From contig JANRLD010000039.1 in NCBI GenBank assembly GCA_033762915.1, positions 35,222 through 99,221 on the forward strand: DNA of 64,000 nt, read 5' to 3'. Under the pieces are notes generated by a model. That model was not told where the DNA came from, did no database searches, and saw only the letters and a program-made list of their open reading frames with translations. The first letter of the stretch is position 1. Each line of letters starts with the position of its first letter. This DNA comes from Meiothermus sp. (lineage in GTDB: Bacteria > Deinococcota > Deinococci > Deinococcales > Thermaceae). Shown one piece after another: positions 21,260-33,501 of the stretch. The position numbers were made by a program, and so were the translations under genes.

Positions 21260-22225
21260 ATGACCCAGACCGACTCCTTGCCCAACCGCCCCCGCCGTGT
21301 GGACCTGCTGCGCGAATTCCAGCAGGTTTTGCAGAAGGTGGGGATGCCGGGGGTGGAGGCACGCTGGATCCTGACCTACGTGCTGGGGATTGACGACCAG
21401 GCCTTCACCACCAAGCTCTTGGAGCCTGTGCCCTTCGACGTGGAGGAGGCCGCCAGGGCTATCCTGGCTTTAAGGCTGAAGGGTCAGCCGCTTCAACTCC
21501 TTCTGGGCGAGACCGAGTTCTACGGTCTGCGCCTCAAGGTCAAGCGCGGCGTGCTGATCCCTCGCCCGGAGACCGAGGGGCTGGTGGAACTAGCCCTCCA
21601 ACTCCCGCGCCCCCTCACCGCCTACCCCCTCGAGATGCCCGCCGCTGCCAAGGTTTTGGACGTGGGCACCGGCAGCGGGGCCATCGCCATCGCCTTCAAA
21701 CACATGCGCTCCGGGGCCGAGGTCTGGGCCTCCGAGATTAACCCGGTGGCCCTCGACCTGGCCCGCCAGAACGCCGAGCGCCTGGGCCTCGAGATCAACT
21801 TCCTCGAGGGGGCCTACACCGCCGGGCTGAGCCAGCTCGAGCTGATCATCTCCAACCCGCCTTACCTGCCCGAGGGTTTCCGTCACGAGGCCCCGCCCGA
21901 ACTCTCCTACGAGGACGACCGCGCCCTCTACTCCGGCCACGACGGCCTGGAGATGCCCCGCGAGCTTGTAAGGCACGCCTGGACTGCCCTGCTGCCCGGC
22001 GGCTGGCTGGTCCTCGAGCTGGCCCCCGCCAACATCTACGTCCTGCTGGCCGAGATGGCCGAGCTGGGCTGGCGTGACCTCCGGGTGAGCCGCGACCTCA
22101 ACCAGCGCCCTCGATACCTGGTCGCTCAGAAACCCCCCTTGCCTTTCCGTGTGGCCGACGACAGCGATCTGGTGGTGGATCACGAGTACTGGCACCAGGA
22201 TAAGAAAGGTCTGGGGGATTGGTAG
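21260..22225 (+). CDS. prmC: Release factor glutamine methyltransferase
   Basis: VLIPRPETEGLVE, LDVGTGSGAIA and SNPPY motifs; start placed at ATG 21260. Confidence 0.92.
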   Translation: MTQTDSLPNRPRRVDLLREFQQVLQKVGMPGVEARWILTYVLGIDDQAFTTKLLEPVPFDVEEAARAILALRLKGQPLQLLLGETEFYGLRLKVKRGVLIPRPETEGLVELALQLPRPLTAYPLEMPAAAKVLDVGTGSGAIAIAFKHMRSGAEVWASEINPVALDLARQNAERLGLEINFLEGAYTAGLSQLELIISNPPYLPEGFRHEAPPELSYEDDRALYSGHDGLEMPRELVRHAWTALLPGGWLVLELAPANIYVLLAEMAELGWRDLRVSRDLNQRPRYLVAQKPPLPFRVADDSDLVVDHEYWHQDKKGLGDW

Positions 22226-22353
22226 TTTTCCGGGCGCCCAGGCCACGTCGGGAAGTTCAGGCGGAGGCGGACCGCGACCTGTGCAGGCCAGACCCCGCTG
22301 TCACAACGCTTATCGGCACTAAACTGCGATGGACTGCCCGTACAACCTCGGTT

Positions 22354-22462
22354 AGTGTCTGCATAGATACAATGCGAACTGTCGCCCGACAGCTGCCGTA
22401 AGGAATTGTGCCTCGGGTAGCCGCTCTGCGGCTATGGCGCAGGCCACTCCGCCCAGGCACGT
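22354..22462 (-). repeat. Repeat family A copy
   Basis: Reverse complement of the 7434-7542 element. Confidence 0.85.
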
Positions 22463-22677
22463 ATTTGCTGCTTCTGCTGATTTTGAACTTCTACCCTTCC
22501 TTAAACCCCTTGGGGCCGAAGGCTGTACCTCACCGACCTCGCGAGGTTGCTACAGGCGGAAGCTATGCCGCGGTTCCCTCCAATGCCCCGCACCCAAGGG
22601 CCCAGACCTGTGGGCTATCGTTGCTTCACACGTCAGGGCGTAGGGGTGGGAACCACCGTGAGGACTGCCGCAGCGGC

Positions 22678-23169
22678 TTACTTGACCGACCCGGTGAACA
22701 GCAACTCACCCGAGGAGTAGTAGCAGACGATCTCGAAGTTCCGGCCTTCAACCTTCACCGTAGGGTAGGTGGTCTGGGGCTTCAGACACCTGTTGAAGTC
22801 GTAGAAGGCAGGGGAGCCGAAGAAGGTTTGGGAGAAATCCCGGATGAAGGCCTGGTTGGCGCTCAGGGCTCGGCTCAGCTCGGCCTGGGTCGGGGGATCC
22901 TTGGCGGCGGTCACCGGCAGGTTCCAGCCTAGCGCGGTCAGGCGGCCCTCCTTGGAGCGGATGAATAGCGAGCCCTTGAGCTTGCGGAAGAACAGGTAGG
23001 TTCCCGCGCCCTGGTCGGTTGCGGGTACCCGGTCGGGGGGCACCGGCAGCGCGTAGCACTGGTACCTCTGACAGAGCGCGGTCTTCAGCAGTTCTTGCGG
23101 CGTCTTCGGCAGGGGAGCTGCCAGCGCCAGGCCCATACAACCCGCCACCAAAACCCAGATTGGCTTCAT
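22678..23169 (-). CDS. Hypothetical secreted protein
   Basis: Signal peptide MKPIWVLVAGCMGLALA; four Cys in the mature part. Confidence 0.65.
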   Translation of the reverse strand: MKPIWVLVAGCMGLALAAPLPKTPQELLKTALCQRYQCYALPVPPDRVPATDQGAGTYLFFRKLKGSLFIRSKEGRLTALGWNLPVTAAKDPPTQAELSRALSANQAFIRDFSQTFFGSPAFYDFNRCLKPQTTYPTVKVEGRNFEIVCYYSSGELLFTGSVK

Positions 23170-23263
23170 AGAGCCTTACTGTACTGCCGGAACCAGCCTT
23201 GGGTCAAAACTGGAATCCGGGCAGCCGCCCGCCCCAGCGTTTTGTCCACTCGAGGCAAATGAG

Positions 23264-23297
23264 GATGGGCCCCTCTGGGTTTCTTGAGGGGCCCATC
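23264..23297 (-). terminator. Hairpin downstream of hsp20
   Basis: GATGGGCCCCTC...GAGGGGCCCATC 12-bp stem. Confidence 0.6.
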
Positions 23298-23321
23298 GCC
23301 GTTCAGGCTTAGCCTTTGGTT

Positions 23322-23726
23322 TTAGGCGCTGACGCGCACCTCGATTTTGCGGGGCTGGGCGGCCTCGGCCTTGGGGATGTCGAGGTAGAGCACGCCGTTC
23401 TTGAAGTTGGCGGCGATCCTGCCCAGGTCGTAGTTGCGGCCCACGTTGAAGGAGCGCTGGAAGGTGCCGTAGCTGCCCTCGAGGCGCCACTGCTTGGCCT
23501 CCTCGGGCTTGGAAAACTCCCGCTGGGCTTTGACGGTGAGGGTGCTGTTTTCGGTGGTGACTTCGACCTTCTCGGGCTCGATGCCGGGCAGGTAGACCGC
23601 CAGGTGAACCCCGTTGGCGTCCTCCAGCACGTCCACGGCGGGCACGTTGGCGCTGGGGCGGCTGTTCTGGCTGAGCAGGGCGTTCTGGATTTGCTCGAGT
23701 TCACGGAAGGGATTGTATCTAATCAT
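23322..23726 (-). CDS. Hsp20/alpha-crystallin small heat-shock protein
   Basis: YGTFQRSF, ANFKNGVLYLDIPK, C-terminal KIEV (IxI/V) motif. Confidence 0.95.
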   Translation of the reverse strand: MIRYNPFRELEQIQNALLSQNSRPSANVPAVDVLEDANGVHLAVYLPGIEPEKVEVTTENSTLTVKAQREFSKPEEAKQWRLEGSYGTFQRSFNVGRNYDLGRIAANFKNGVLYLDIPKAEAAQPRKIEVRVSA

Positions 23727-23749
23727 GGCACTTCTCCTTTTCGAAGACG

Positions 23750-23779
23750 AGTATAAAACCTGAGTGTTATATTGTCAAG
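23750..23779 (-). promoter_or_regulatory. Sigma70-type promoter overlapped by a HAIR-like (HspR) operator
   Basis: Minus strand TTGACA-17 bp-TATACT; CCTGAGT-N7-TGTCAAG resembles CTTGAGT-N7-ACTCAAG. Confidence 0.75.
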
Positions 23780-24003
23780 TTTACTTAGCTAATTTGGAGA
23801 CGATTTGCTGACTGATCATTGGGTGTTGGTGACCTCGAGGCCTGTCCTAGCCAGCGGGCCGGCCTCTGCGCCGCCACGTTGTGAGGCTGCCCAGGCCAAT
23901 TGAAAACCACTCACCGTGATGCCGTGGCATCTTGTGATATGTTTCGGGCCGGAGGAGCACGACCGTCGCGGCAGTGCCGTCGGTGTTGAGCATCGCCCCG
24001 CCC

Positions 24004-25011
24004 ATGATCCGCTTCGAGAACGTGACCAAACGCTACGCCGAGGTTGCCGCACTTAAGGGGGTCAGCCTCGAGGTGGCGGCGGGCCAACTGGTTTGCTTGC
24101 TGGGGCCTTCGGGCTGCGGCAAGACCACATTGCTGCGCACCGTGAACCGGCTGATCGAGCCGACCGAGGGCACGGTGATGGTCGGCGGACAAGACGTTCG
24201 CCAGCTCGACGAGGTGGAACTGCGTCGGGGCATCGGTTATGTGATTCAGAGCATCGGGCTGTTCCCGCACATGAGCGTGCTCGAGAACACGCTGGTGGTT
24301 CCGCGGCTGCTGGGCTGGGACCGGGCCAAACGGCAGGAGAGGGCCAGGGAAATGCTGCACCTGGTGGGCCTCGAGCCCTCCACCTTTGCCAACCGCTTCC
24401 CCCGCGAGCTTTCAGGCGGCCAGGCCCAGCGGGTAGGTCTGGCCCGCGCCCTGTGCGCCGACCCGCCGGTGCTGCTGATGGACGAGCCCTTCGGAGCGGT
24501 CGACCCCCCCACCCGCGAGCGCCTGCAAGACGAGTTCCTAAGGCTCCAGGCCGGACTCAAGAAGACCATCCTGTTCGTCACGCACGACCTCGAGGAGGCG
24601 GTGAAGCTCGCCGACCAGATCTGCCTGATGAACGCGGGCCAGGTCGAGCAGTACGACCCGCCGGCCGAGCTGCTGGGCCGACCCAAGACCGAGTTCGTGC
24701 GCGGCTTTATCGGCCCCTCGCGCACCCTGCTGCGCCTCTCAAGAATCCCCCTTGATGATCTGATCGAGCCCGTCGTCGGCGCTCCTCCGCGGCACCTGGT
24801 GAGCCGGAGTGGGACCGCTCGTGACGCCTTCTCGAGCCTGCTGGCCCACGGAGCCCGCGCGGTGGGGGTGGCCGACGGCGAGGGGCGGGTGGTGGGGGAG
24901 GTGCGCCTGGAGGCCCTGCTGGGGGCGGTGGCGGAAGTCGACCCGGAGAGAGAGGGCGAGGAACGAGGCGAGAAAGGTGACCTACGGGAGGGCAAAGGGG
25001 GAGCCGTATAG
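24004..25011 (+). CDS. Osmoprotectant ABC transporter ATP-binding subunit (OpuBA/YehX-like)
   Basis: GPSGCGKTT, LSGGQAQR, LLMDEPFGAVD; CBS-like C-terminus. Confidence 0.9.
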   Translation: MIRFENVTKRYAEVAALKGVSLEVAAGQLVCLLGPSGCGKTTLLRTVNRLIEPTEGTVMVGGQDVRQLDEVELRRGIGYVIQSIGLFPHMSVLENTLVVPRLLGWDRAKRQERAREMLHLVGLEPSTFANRFPRELSGGQAQRVGLARALCADPPVLLMDEPFGAVDPPTRERLQDEFLRLQAGLKKTILFVTHDLEEAVKLADQICLMNAGQVEQYDPPAELLGRPKTEFVRGFIGPSRTLLRLSRIPLDDLIEPVVGAPPRHLVSRSGTARDAFSSLLAHGARAVGVADGEGRVVGEVRLEALLGAVAEVDPEREGEERGEKGDLREGKGGAV

Positions 25012-25085
25012 GCCGTGCGTTCGGCCTCCAAAGCTGGGCCTCGCCGGGCGCACAGCGTGTCGTTGGGCGCCTCGCCCTGCCCGCT

Positions 25086-25790
25086 GTGCTGTGGGTCGCG
25101 CTGCTGCTGCTGTTTGCCCAGCAGGGCCTCTGGGCGGCTGTTCTGGGGGCGCTGTTTCCTGACAGCCGGAGTCCGGTTTTTGACCGGGAGACGCTGTTCA
25201 ACCTGGTCCTGCAGCATCTGGGGATTACCTTTGTGGCCGGGGCTTTGGTGGTGCTGGTAGGGCTGCCGTTGGCAGTGCTGGTCACGCGGCCTGTGGGGGC
25301 GGCGTTCAGGGCACTGTTGGAGAACGTTGTGGCGGTGGGGCAGACCTTCCCGCCTACCGCGGTGCTGGTGTTGGCGCTGCCACTGTTCGGGTTCGGCTCG
25401 AGAGGGGTCGTGTTGGCGCTGTTCTTGTACGGGCTGCTGCCGGTGGTGCGCAACACCCTGGTTGGGTTTGCCGGGCTGCCCCAGGACGTGCTCGAGGCCG
25501 CCAAGGGGATGGGCCTCTCGCCGCGCCAGCAGCTCTGGCGGGTCGAGCTGCCGCTGGCCCTACCAGTGATCGTGGCAGGGGTGCGAGCCAGTTGGGTGTT
25601 GATCCTAGCGACCGCGACGGTCGCACCGCTGATCGGGGGCGGCGGGCTGGGCGTGCCCATTATCGCGGGCTTGGCGGTGAGCAACCTGGGTTACGTGGTG
25701 CAAGGGGCGTTGGCGGTGGCGCTGCTGGCGCTGCTGCTGGACTGGACGCTGAGCCGGCTCGAGTGGGCGCTGACGCCGTGGCGGGCGTAG
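25086..25790 (+). CDS. Osmoprotectant ABC transporter permease; start uncertain
   Basis: LEAAKGMGLS...VELPLALPVI EAA motif; GGGGLG. Confidence 0.88.
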   Translation: MLWVALLLLFAQQGLWAAVLGALFPDSRSPVFDRETLFNLVLQHLGITFVAGALVVLVGLPLAVLVTRPVGAAFRALLENVVAVGQTFPPTAVLVLALPLFGFGSRGVVLALFLYGLLPVVRNTLVGFAGLPQDVLEAAKGMGLSPRQQLWRVELPLALPVIVAGVRASWVLILATATVAPLIGGGGLGVPIIAGLAVSNLGYVVQGALAVALLALLLDWTLSRLEWALTPWRA

Positions 25791-25887
25791 GTGTCGCAAA
25801 GGCGACCGCCCGAAGTTTGCCGGGTCGCCGGTGCTTGGGCGGGCAGTTTGGCGTACTTGGGCGTGGGGCAGTGTTGGGTTAATGGCA

Positions 25888-25918
25888 GAGGCCCCTCGAG
25901 CATGACTCGAGGGGCCTC
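25888..25918. terminator. Hairpin between convergent genes
   Basis: GAGGCCCCTCGAG-catga-CTCGAGGGGCCTC. Confidence 0.65.
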
Positions 25919-25942
25919 GGTTGCGGTTTGTTCCCTGCCGCT

Positions 25943-26551
25943 TTAAGCGGCTTCCCGGCTGAGTTGCTGAAGGCCGCTGGGGTTCTCGAGGATCAGCTTG
26001 CCGTAGCCGGAGCGGATGTAGCCCTCGCGGGTTAGCTCGCCGATGACCTTGGTGACGGTCTCGCGCACCGAACCCACCGCGCTGGCGATCTCGTCGTGGG
26101 TGGCCTTGACGCCGGTGCGCCCGTTCTTCTCGAGATAGGCCACAGGGGTAGTGGAGAGGTCGAGCAGGGTGGCGGCGATGCGGTTCTTCAGGCGCTGACC
26201 GCTGATGCGCTGGATGGTCTGGTAGGTCTGCGAGAGCGCTTTGGCCAGGCCCTGCACCAGCTGCGAAAGCTCCTGGGCGGACAATTGGTTGGGTGCGAGC
26301 GCGTCAATCTTGGTGTCGGTGACGGCCTCGGCGAAGTAGGTACGTTCGCCGCCGGAGATCACCTCCTCGCCGAAGAACTCGCCGGGGCGCACGAAGCGCA
26401 GGGTCAGGGCGTTGCCCTCGTCGTCAACCGATTGGAGGCGAACCAGGCCCTCGCGAACCCGGTACAGCGCGTCTTTGGAGGTAGGAGTGCCGGGATAGAG
26501 AACGATTTCGCCGGGGTCGAAGGTCAGGGTATCCAGTATGCTAGTTTGCAT
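25943..26551 (-). CDS. sdrP: CRP/FNR-family regulator, SdrP/DdrI-like
   Basis: EGNALTLRFVRPGEFFGEE and ATHDEIASAVGSVRETVTKVIGEL closely match Thermus SdrP as recalled. Confidence 0.85.
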   Translation of the reverse strand: MQTSILDTLTFDPGEIVLYPGTPTSKDALYRVREGLVRLQSVDDEGNALTLRFVRPGEFFGEEVISGGERTYFAEAVTDTKIDALAPNQLSAQELSQLVQGLAKALSQTYQTIQRISGQRLKNRIAATLLDLSTTPVAYLEKNGRTGVKATHDEIASAVGSVRETVTKVIGELTREGYIRSGYGKLILENPSGLQQLSREAA

Positions 26552-26904
26552 CTCATCACTCCCTCAAACGTAACTATAGCATCATTTGGCTATTTTGTAA
26601 ACACATTTGTTTATTTATTTAGCGTCGATGAGAGAAGTCAATATTCTCCTTCTGGGCCACCACTTCCCTGTACGTCTGCGACGCCCTGATCGGATACTTA
26701 AGCGATAAAGCTCGAGTTCGCCTGTTTCTGATTCAAACAGAATGGCATCATACTCCTACGCCCAAAAAATGAAAAGCCTCGAGTCCAGAGCGCCAGACCC
26801 GGCCCCTCCTCAAACCCCCGGTTTCCGGGTACACTGTTGCCTTGTGACGTTGCCCGCCCTGGCGAAGGCGCCTGGTGGGCGGGTTCGGTTTTGCGAGGTC
26901 TACC

Positions 26905-28119
26905 GTGGCACAAATCCTAGAACGCGAAGGCTATAAGGTCAAAATTCAGGTCGAGGTTCCTGCCGAGCAGGTCGAGCGGGCCTACCAGTCGGTGCTGAGC
27001 GAGTACGCCAGCAACGTCAAGCTGCCCGGATTCCGGCCCGGCAAGGTCCCGGCCAAGGTGGTGGAGAGCAAAATCGGCCGCGAGGCCCTGATGGACGAAG
27101 TCAAGAAGGAACTGCGCGACAAGACTTTCCCCAAGGCCGCGCAGGAACTCGAGCTGCTCCCGGTGGGCGCCAACGTCCTCGAGGAGAGCCTGGTCTTCGG
27201 CCAGCCCTTTGTCTACACCGTGGCGGTGGAGAACTACCCCGAGGTCAAGCTCGGCGAGTGGAAGGCCGTCGAGCTGAGCGCCGAGGCCCCGCCCGTCACC
27301 GATGAGACCGTGGCAGCGGCCCTCGAGGAGCTGCGCGCTCGCAACGGCGAGATGGTGGTGGTGGAGCGCGAGGTGAGCGAGAGGGACAGCGTCTTCATCG
27401 AGACCGACGACGGCGGGCGCTTCCCGGTTAACATGGAGAACGCCCAGGCCCACGTCCGCGAGGTGCTGCTGGGCAAGCGTGCGGGCGATGAGGTGCTGGT
27501 GCCGGTCAAGGACGGCGAGACGGTGATCCGCGAGATCAAGACCAGGGTCATCGAGGTCAAGGGCCTGCAACTGCCCGAGCTCGACGACGAGTTCGCCAAG
27601 ACCGTGGGCGAGGACAGCCTCGAAGCCCTCACCGCCAAGGTGCGCCAGAGCCTGACCGACCAGTTCGAGCGCGAGGGCCGCAACGCCAGGGCCAGCCAGT
27701 TCCTGGACAAGCTGGGCGAGATCGTGGAGGCCGAGATTCCCCCCTCCATGCAGTCTCGGGAGGAGCAGAGCCTCCTGGAGCAGCTCAACCGCGACCTCGA
27801 GCAGCAGAAGCTCGACTTCAACACCTACATCAAGAGCCTCGAGCAAGAGGGGAAGCTCGAGGAGTTCACCGGCGAACTTAAGGAAAGCGCCACCAAACGC
27901 CTGCGCCGTTCACTGGCGGTCGAGGCCCTCTCCGAGGAACTCAAGGTCGAGCTCTCCGACCAGGAGTTCGAGGCCTTCCTCGAAGACCTGGCCCGCTCCT
28001 ACCGCACCACCGCCCCCCGCCTCAAGAACGAGCTGGGCGCGGAGGCCGTGGCCCGGCTGCGGGTGCAGCGGCTGCACGACAAGGCGCTGTTCACCGCGCT
28101 GGACATGCTGGGCAAGTAG
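26905..28119 (+). CDS. tig: Trigger factor
   Basis: Ribosome-binding signature PGFRPGKVP; LPELDDEFAK. Confidence 0.95.
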   Translation: MAQILEREGYKVKIQVEVPAEQVERAYQSVLSEYASNVKLPGFRPGKVPAKVVESKIGREALMDEVKKELRDKTFPKAAQELELLPVGANVLEESLVFGQPFVYTVAVENYPEVKLGEWKAVELSAEAPPVTDETVAAALEELRARNGEMVVVEREVSERDSVFIETDDGGRFPVNMENAQAHVREVLLGKRAGDEVLVPVKDGETVIREIKTRVIEVKGLQLPELDDEFAKTVGEDSLEALTAKVRQSLTDQFEREGRNARASQFLDKLGEIVEAEIPPSMQSREEQSLLEQLNRDLEQQKLDFNTYIKSLEQEGKLEEFTGELKESATKRLRRSLAVEALSEELKVELSDQEFEAFLEDLARSYRTTAPRLKNELGAEAVARLRVQRLHDKALFTALDMLGK

Positions 28120-28199
28120 GCCGGGCTCGACCCATAGCCGTGTGACTGCCCTGGATCGACTGGCACGGAGTCGTAAGCAGTACGTGTTGTGATGTGAGC

Positions 28200-28226
28200 G
28201 CCGCCCCCGAGCCGGGGGCGGCTTTT
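28200..28226 (+). terminator. Intrinsic terminator after tig
   Basis: GCCGCCCCCG-agc-CGGGGGCGGC-TTTT. Confidence 0.75.
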
Positions 28227-28435
28227 CCTATGTTTCGCAGGTGCAGCCGCACTCGAGGTGGATAATTGCTGGAAAGGCGATGCGCCGCTTGCCGTCGCGC
28301 TGTTGGCGGTAGACCTCGCGCAACTGCGGCTCGAAATTGATCTTCGAGCCGCACAACCTGCTTGGTCAGAATGCACACACGTTTGCGGCTAAATTGCGCC
28401 AGGGTAGAAGTACGGAACCGGCAGATACGGTAAAC

Positions 28436-28582
28436 ACGTGCCAGGGCGGAGTGGCGTACGCCATAGCCGCAGAGCGGCTACCCGGGGCGGAGTGGCGTAC
28501 GCCATAGCTGCGGAGCAGCTACCCTAGGCGCAATTCCCTGCGGGAGCAGGCGGGCGATAGTTCGCACTGTAACTATGGAGAC

Positions 28583-28583
<1 letters not shown>
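28436..28583 (+). repeat. Repeat family A copy with tandem duplication of the 41-bp core
   Basis: Units at 28444-28484 and 28485-28525. Confidence 0.88.
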
Positions 28584-31480
<2,897 letters not shown>

Positions 31481-31552
31481 GGGGTCTCCTTTCTCTGCGG
31501 ATGCCGGCGCTGCCGGGGCGTGTTCATGCCGCAGCGCTAGAGAAACTTGACC

Positions 31553-31722
31553 CCATCTGTCCTTTTGCCTGAGAGTGTTATCCCGTCGGCGGAAGTCGGG
31601 CGCGGTGTTTGCGCTCAACCCCTCTCTCCAGATTGTGCCGCTGAGGTTCTTCTGCCTGAGAGTTTCCGGGGCGGTTGCTCCTTCGGCGCCGGGCTGGGTT
31701 CGCCCAATCTCTCCCGTCAGCG
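31553..31722 (-). ncRNA. Tandem glycine riboswitch
   Basis: Two GGAGAG...CCGA(A/C)GG...CTCTCAGG aptamers upstream of gcvP. Confidence 0.92.
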
Positions 31723-31927
31723 GCCTGCTGCTAACTCCGATTAATGATACGCCATGTAGGGGCGAAGTAAAGGTGCGGGAATGCAAAACGGGCCTTGGGG
31801 GTTGTAGGCGGCAGGTCTGGAGCCCGAGTCCATCGGCGAAGTGCTCCCGACCTCGGCACCGCCTGACTGCGTCGCCCCTGCGGCGCCCGCTACCTGCTAC
31901 TGGCCCCGCTCGCTTACCATAAGACCT

Positions 31928-33262
31928 ATGTCCACCACCCTGTCCCAGCCGTCGGCCCTCGAGACCGCCATCGGCCAGGCCCACCGGCGCTACGTCCAGG
32001 CCAACCCCAAGAGCCTCGAGTACCACCGGGAGGCCGCCCAAGTGCTGCCGGGGGGCAACACCCGCACGGTGCTGCACTTCGCACCGTACCCGCTGCGCTT
32101 CGTGAAGGGGGAGGGCAGCAGGCTATTTGACCTCGACGGCCACGAGTACACCGATTTCCTGGGCGAGTACACAGCAGGCATCTACGGGCACTCCCACCCG
32201 ACCATCGTGGAGGCCATCTGGAACGCCACCGACGCCGGGCTGAACCTGGGCGGGCACAACCTGGCCGAGGCCGAGTTCGCCCGCGCGGTCTGCGAGCGCT
32301 TCAGGCTCGAGCGCGTCCGCTTCACCAACTCCGGTACCGAGGCCAACCTGATGGCCATCATGACCGCCAGGGCCTTCACAGGTCGGCGCAAGATCATGGT
32401 GATGGACGGGGGCTACCACGGCGGGGTGCTCTACTACGCCCACGGTGGCAGCCCGGTCAACGTGCCCTTCGCCACCGTGGTGGCCCCCTTCAACGACATC
32501 GCCGCGACTCGAGCCCTGTTGCGTCAGCACGGCCCCGAGCTGGCGGCGGTGATCGTGGAGCCGGTGCTGGGCTCGGGCGGCTGCGTCCCCGCTGCCCCCG
32601 AGTTCCTGCAGATGCTCCGGGCCGAGACTGAGCAGAGCGCTACCTTCCTGATCCTCGACGAGGTGATGACCTCCCGCCTGGCCCCGCACGGCCTGGGGCT
32701 GGAGTGGGGGGTTAAGGCCGACCTGGTCACGCTGGGCAAGTACGTGGGGGGTGGGATGAGCTTCGGGGCTTTCGGGGGCCGGGCCGAGGTGATGGAGATG
32801 TACGACCCCGGCCGCCCCGACGCACTTCCGCACGCCGGAACCTTCAACAACAACGTGCTGACCATGCAGGTCGGGCTCAAGGCCATCACCGAGGTCTACA
32901 CTCCTGCGGCCGCTGCGGAGCTCAACCAGCGCGGCGACCGCCTGCGCGAGGCCCTGAACGCTCTGGCCCGCAAGCACCATGCCCCCCTGCGCTTCACCGG
33001 TCTGGGCTCGATGACGGCCGCCCACTTTACCCCTCAGCCCGTCCACACCTCCGCCGACCTCGACTTGGGCGACCCCAACCTCAAGGAGCTGTTCTTCTTT
33101 GACCTCCTCGAGGCCGGCTTCTACATCGCCCGCCGCGGGATGATCATCCTCAGCCTGCCCATCACCGACGAGGACTGCGACCGGCTGTCGGCGTCGGTAG
33201 AGAAGTTCCTGATCGAGCGCAAGGAACTGCTCGAGGGCTGGGCGGTGGTGGTCAACGACTAG
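31928..33262 (+). CDS. Class-III aminotransferase (GSA aminomutase-like)
   Basis: [39 protein letters not shown]. Confidence 0.88.
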   Translation: MSTTLSQPSALETAIGQAHRRYVQANPKSLEYHREAAQVLPGGNTRTVLHFAPYPLRFVKGEGSRLFDLDGHEYTDFLGEYTAGIYGHSHPTIVEAIWNATDAGLNLGGHNLAEAEFARAVCERFRLERVRFTNSGTEANLMAIMTARAFTGRRKIMVMDGGYHGGVLYYAHGGSPVNVPFATVVAPFNDIAATRALLRQHGPELAAVIVEPVLGSGGCVPAAPEFLQMLRAETEQSATFLILDEVMTSRLAPHGLGLEWGVKADLVTLGKYVGGGMSFGAFGGRAEVMEMYDPGRPDALPHAGTFNNNVLTMQVGLKAITEVYTPAAAAELNQRGDRLREALNALARKHHAPLRFTGLGSMTAAHFTPQPVHTSADLDLGDPNLKELFFFDLLEAGFYIARRGMIILSLPITDEDCDRLSASVEKFLIERKELLEGWAVVVND

Positions 33263-33501
33263 CCTGGGCGCTGGAGTGTGGTGTCGGACGGGGCTATACA
33301 GCGGGTCTGGGCATTGACCAGTCGGGTGTTGGCCCCACCAATACGAACCCGAACATGGCTAGGGGGCTTGGCCCGGGCCGCAATATAGGGACGGTGTGCA
33401 GGGCTCGAGGCCCGGTCATATCCTGAGCCGTTACAAGACATTATTCCTTGAACTTTCACCTGGCTTTGCTACCTTGGAGACAGGCCAGCAATGGCGCTGC
33501 T

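Noticed and set aside
26590..26612. SdrP/CRP autoregulatory site upstream of sdrP
   Set aside because: AT-rich TGTAAACACA element fits a CRP-type consensus only loosely
28230..28360. Short minus-strand frame LCGSKINFEPQLREVY...CGCTCET
   Set aside because: No convincing start signal or recognisable family
31481..32077. N-terminal extension making GcvP 1164 aa
   Set aside because: It runs through the glycine riboswitch and the opposite-strand gene; RBS plus GTG at 31480 gives a normal length
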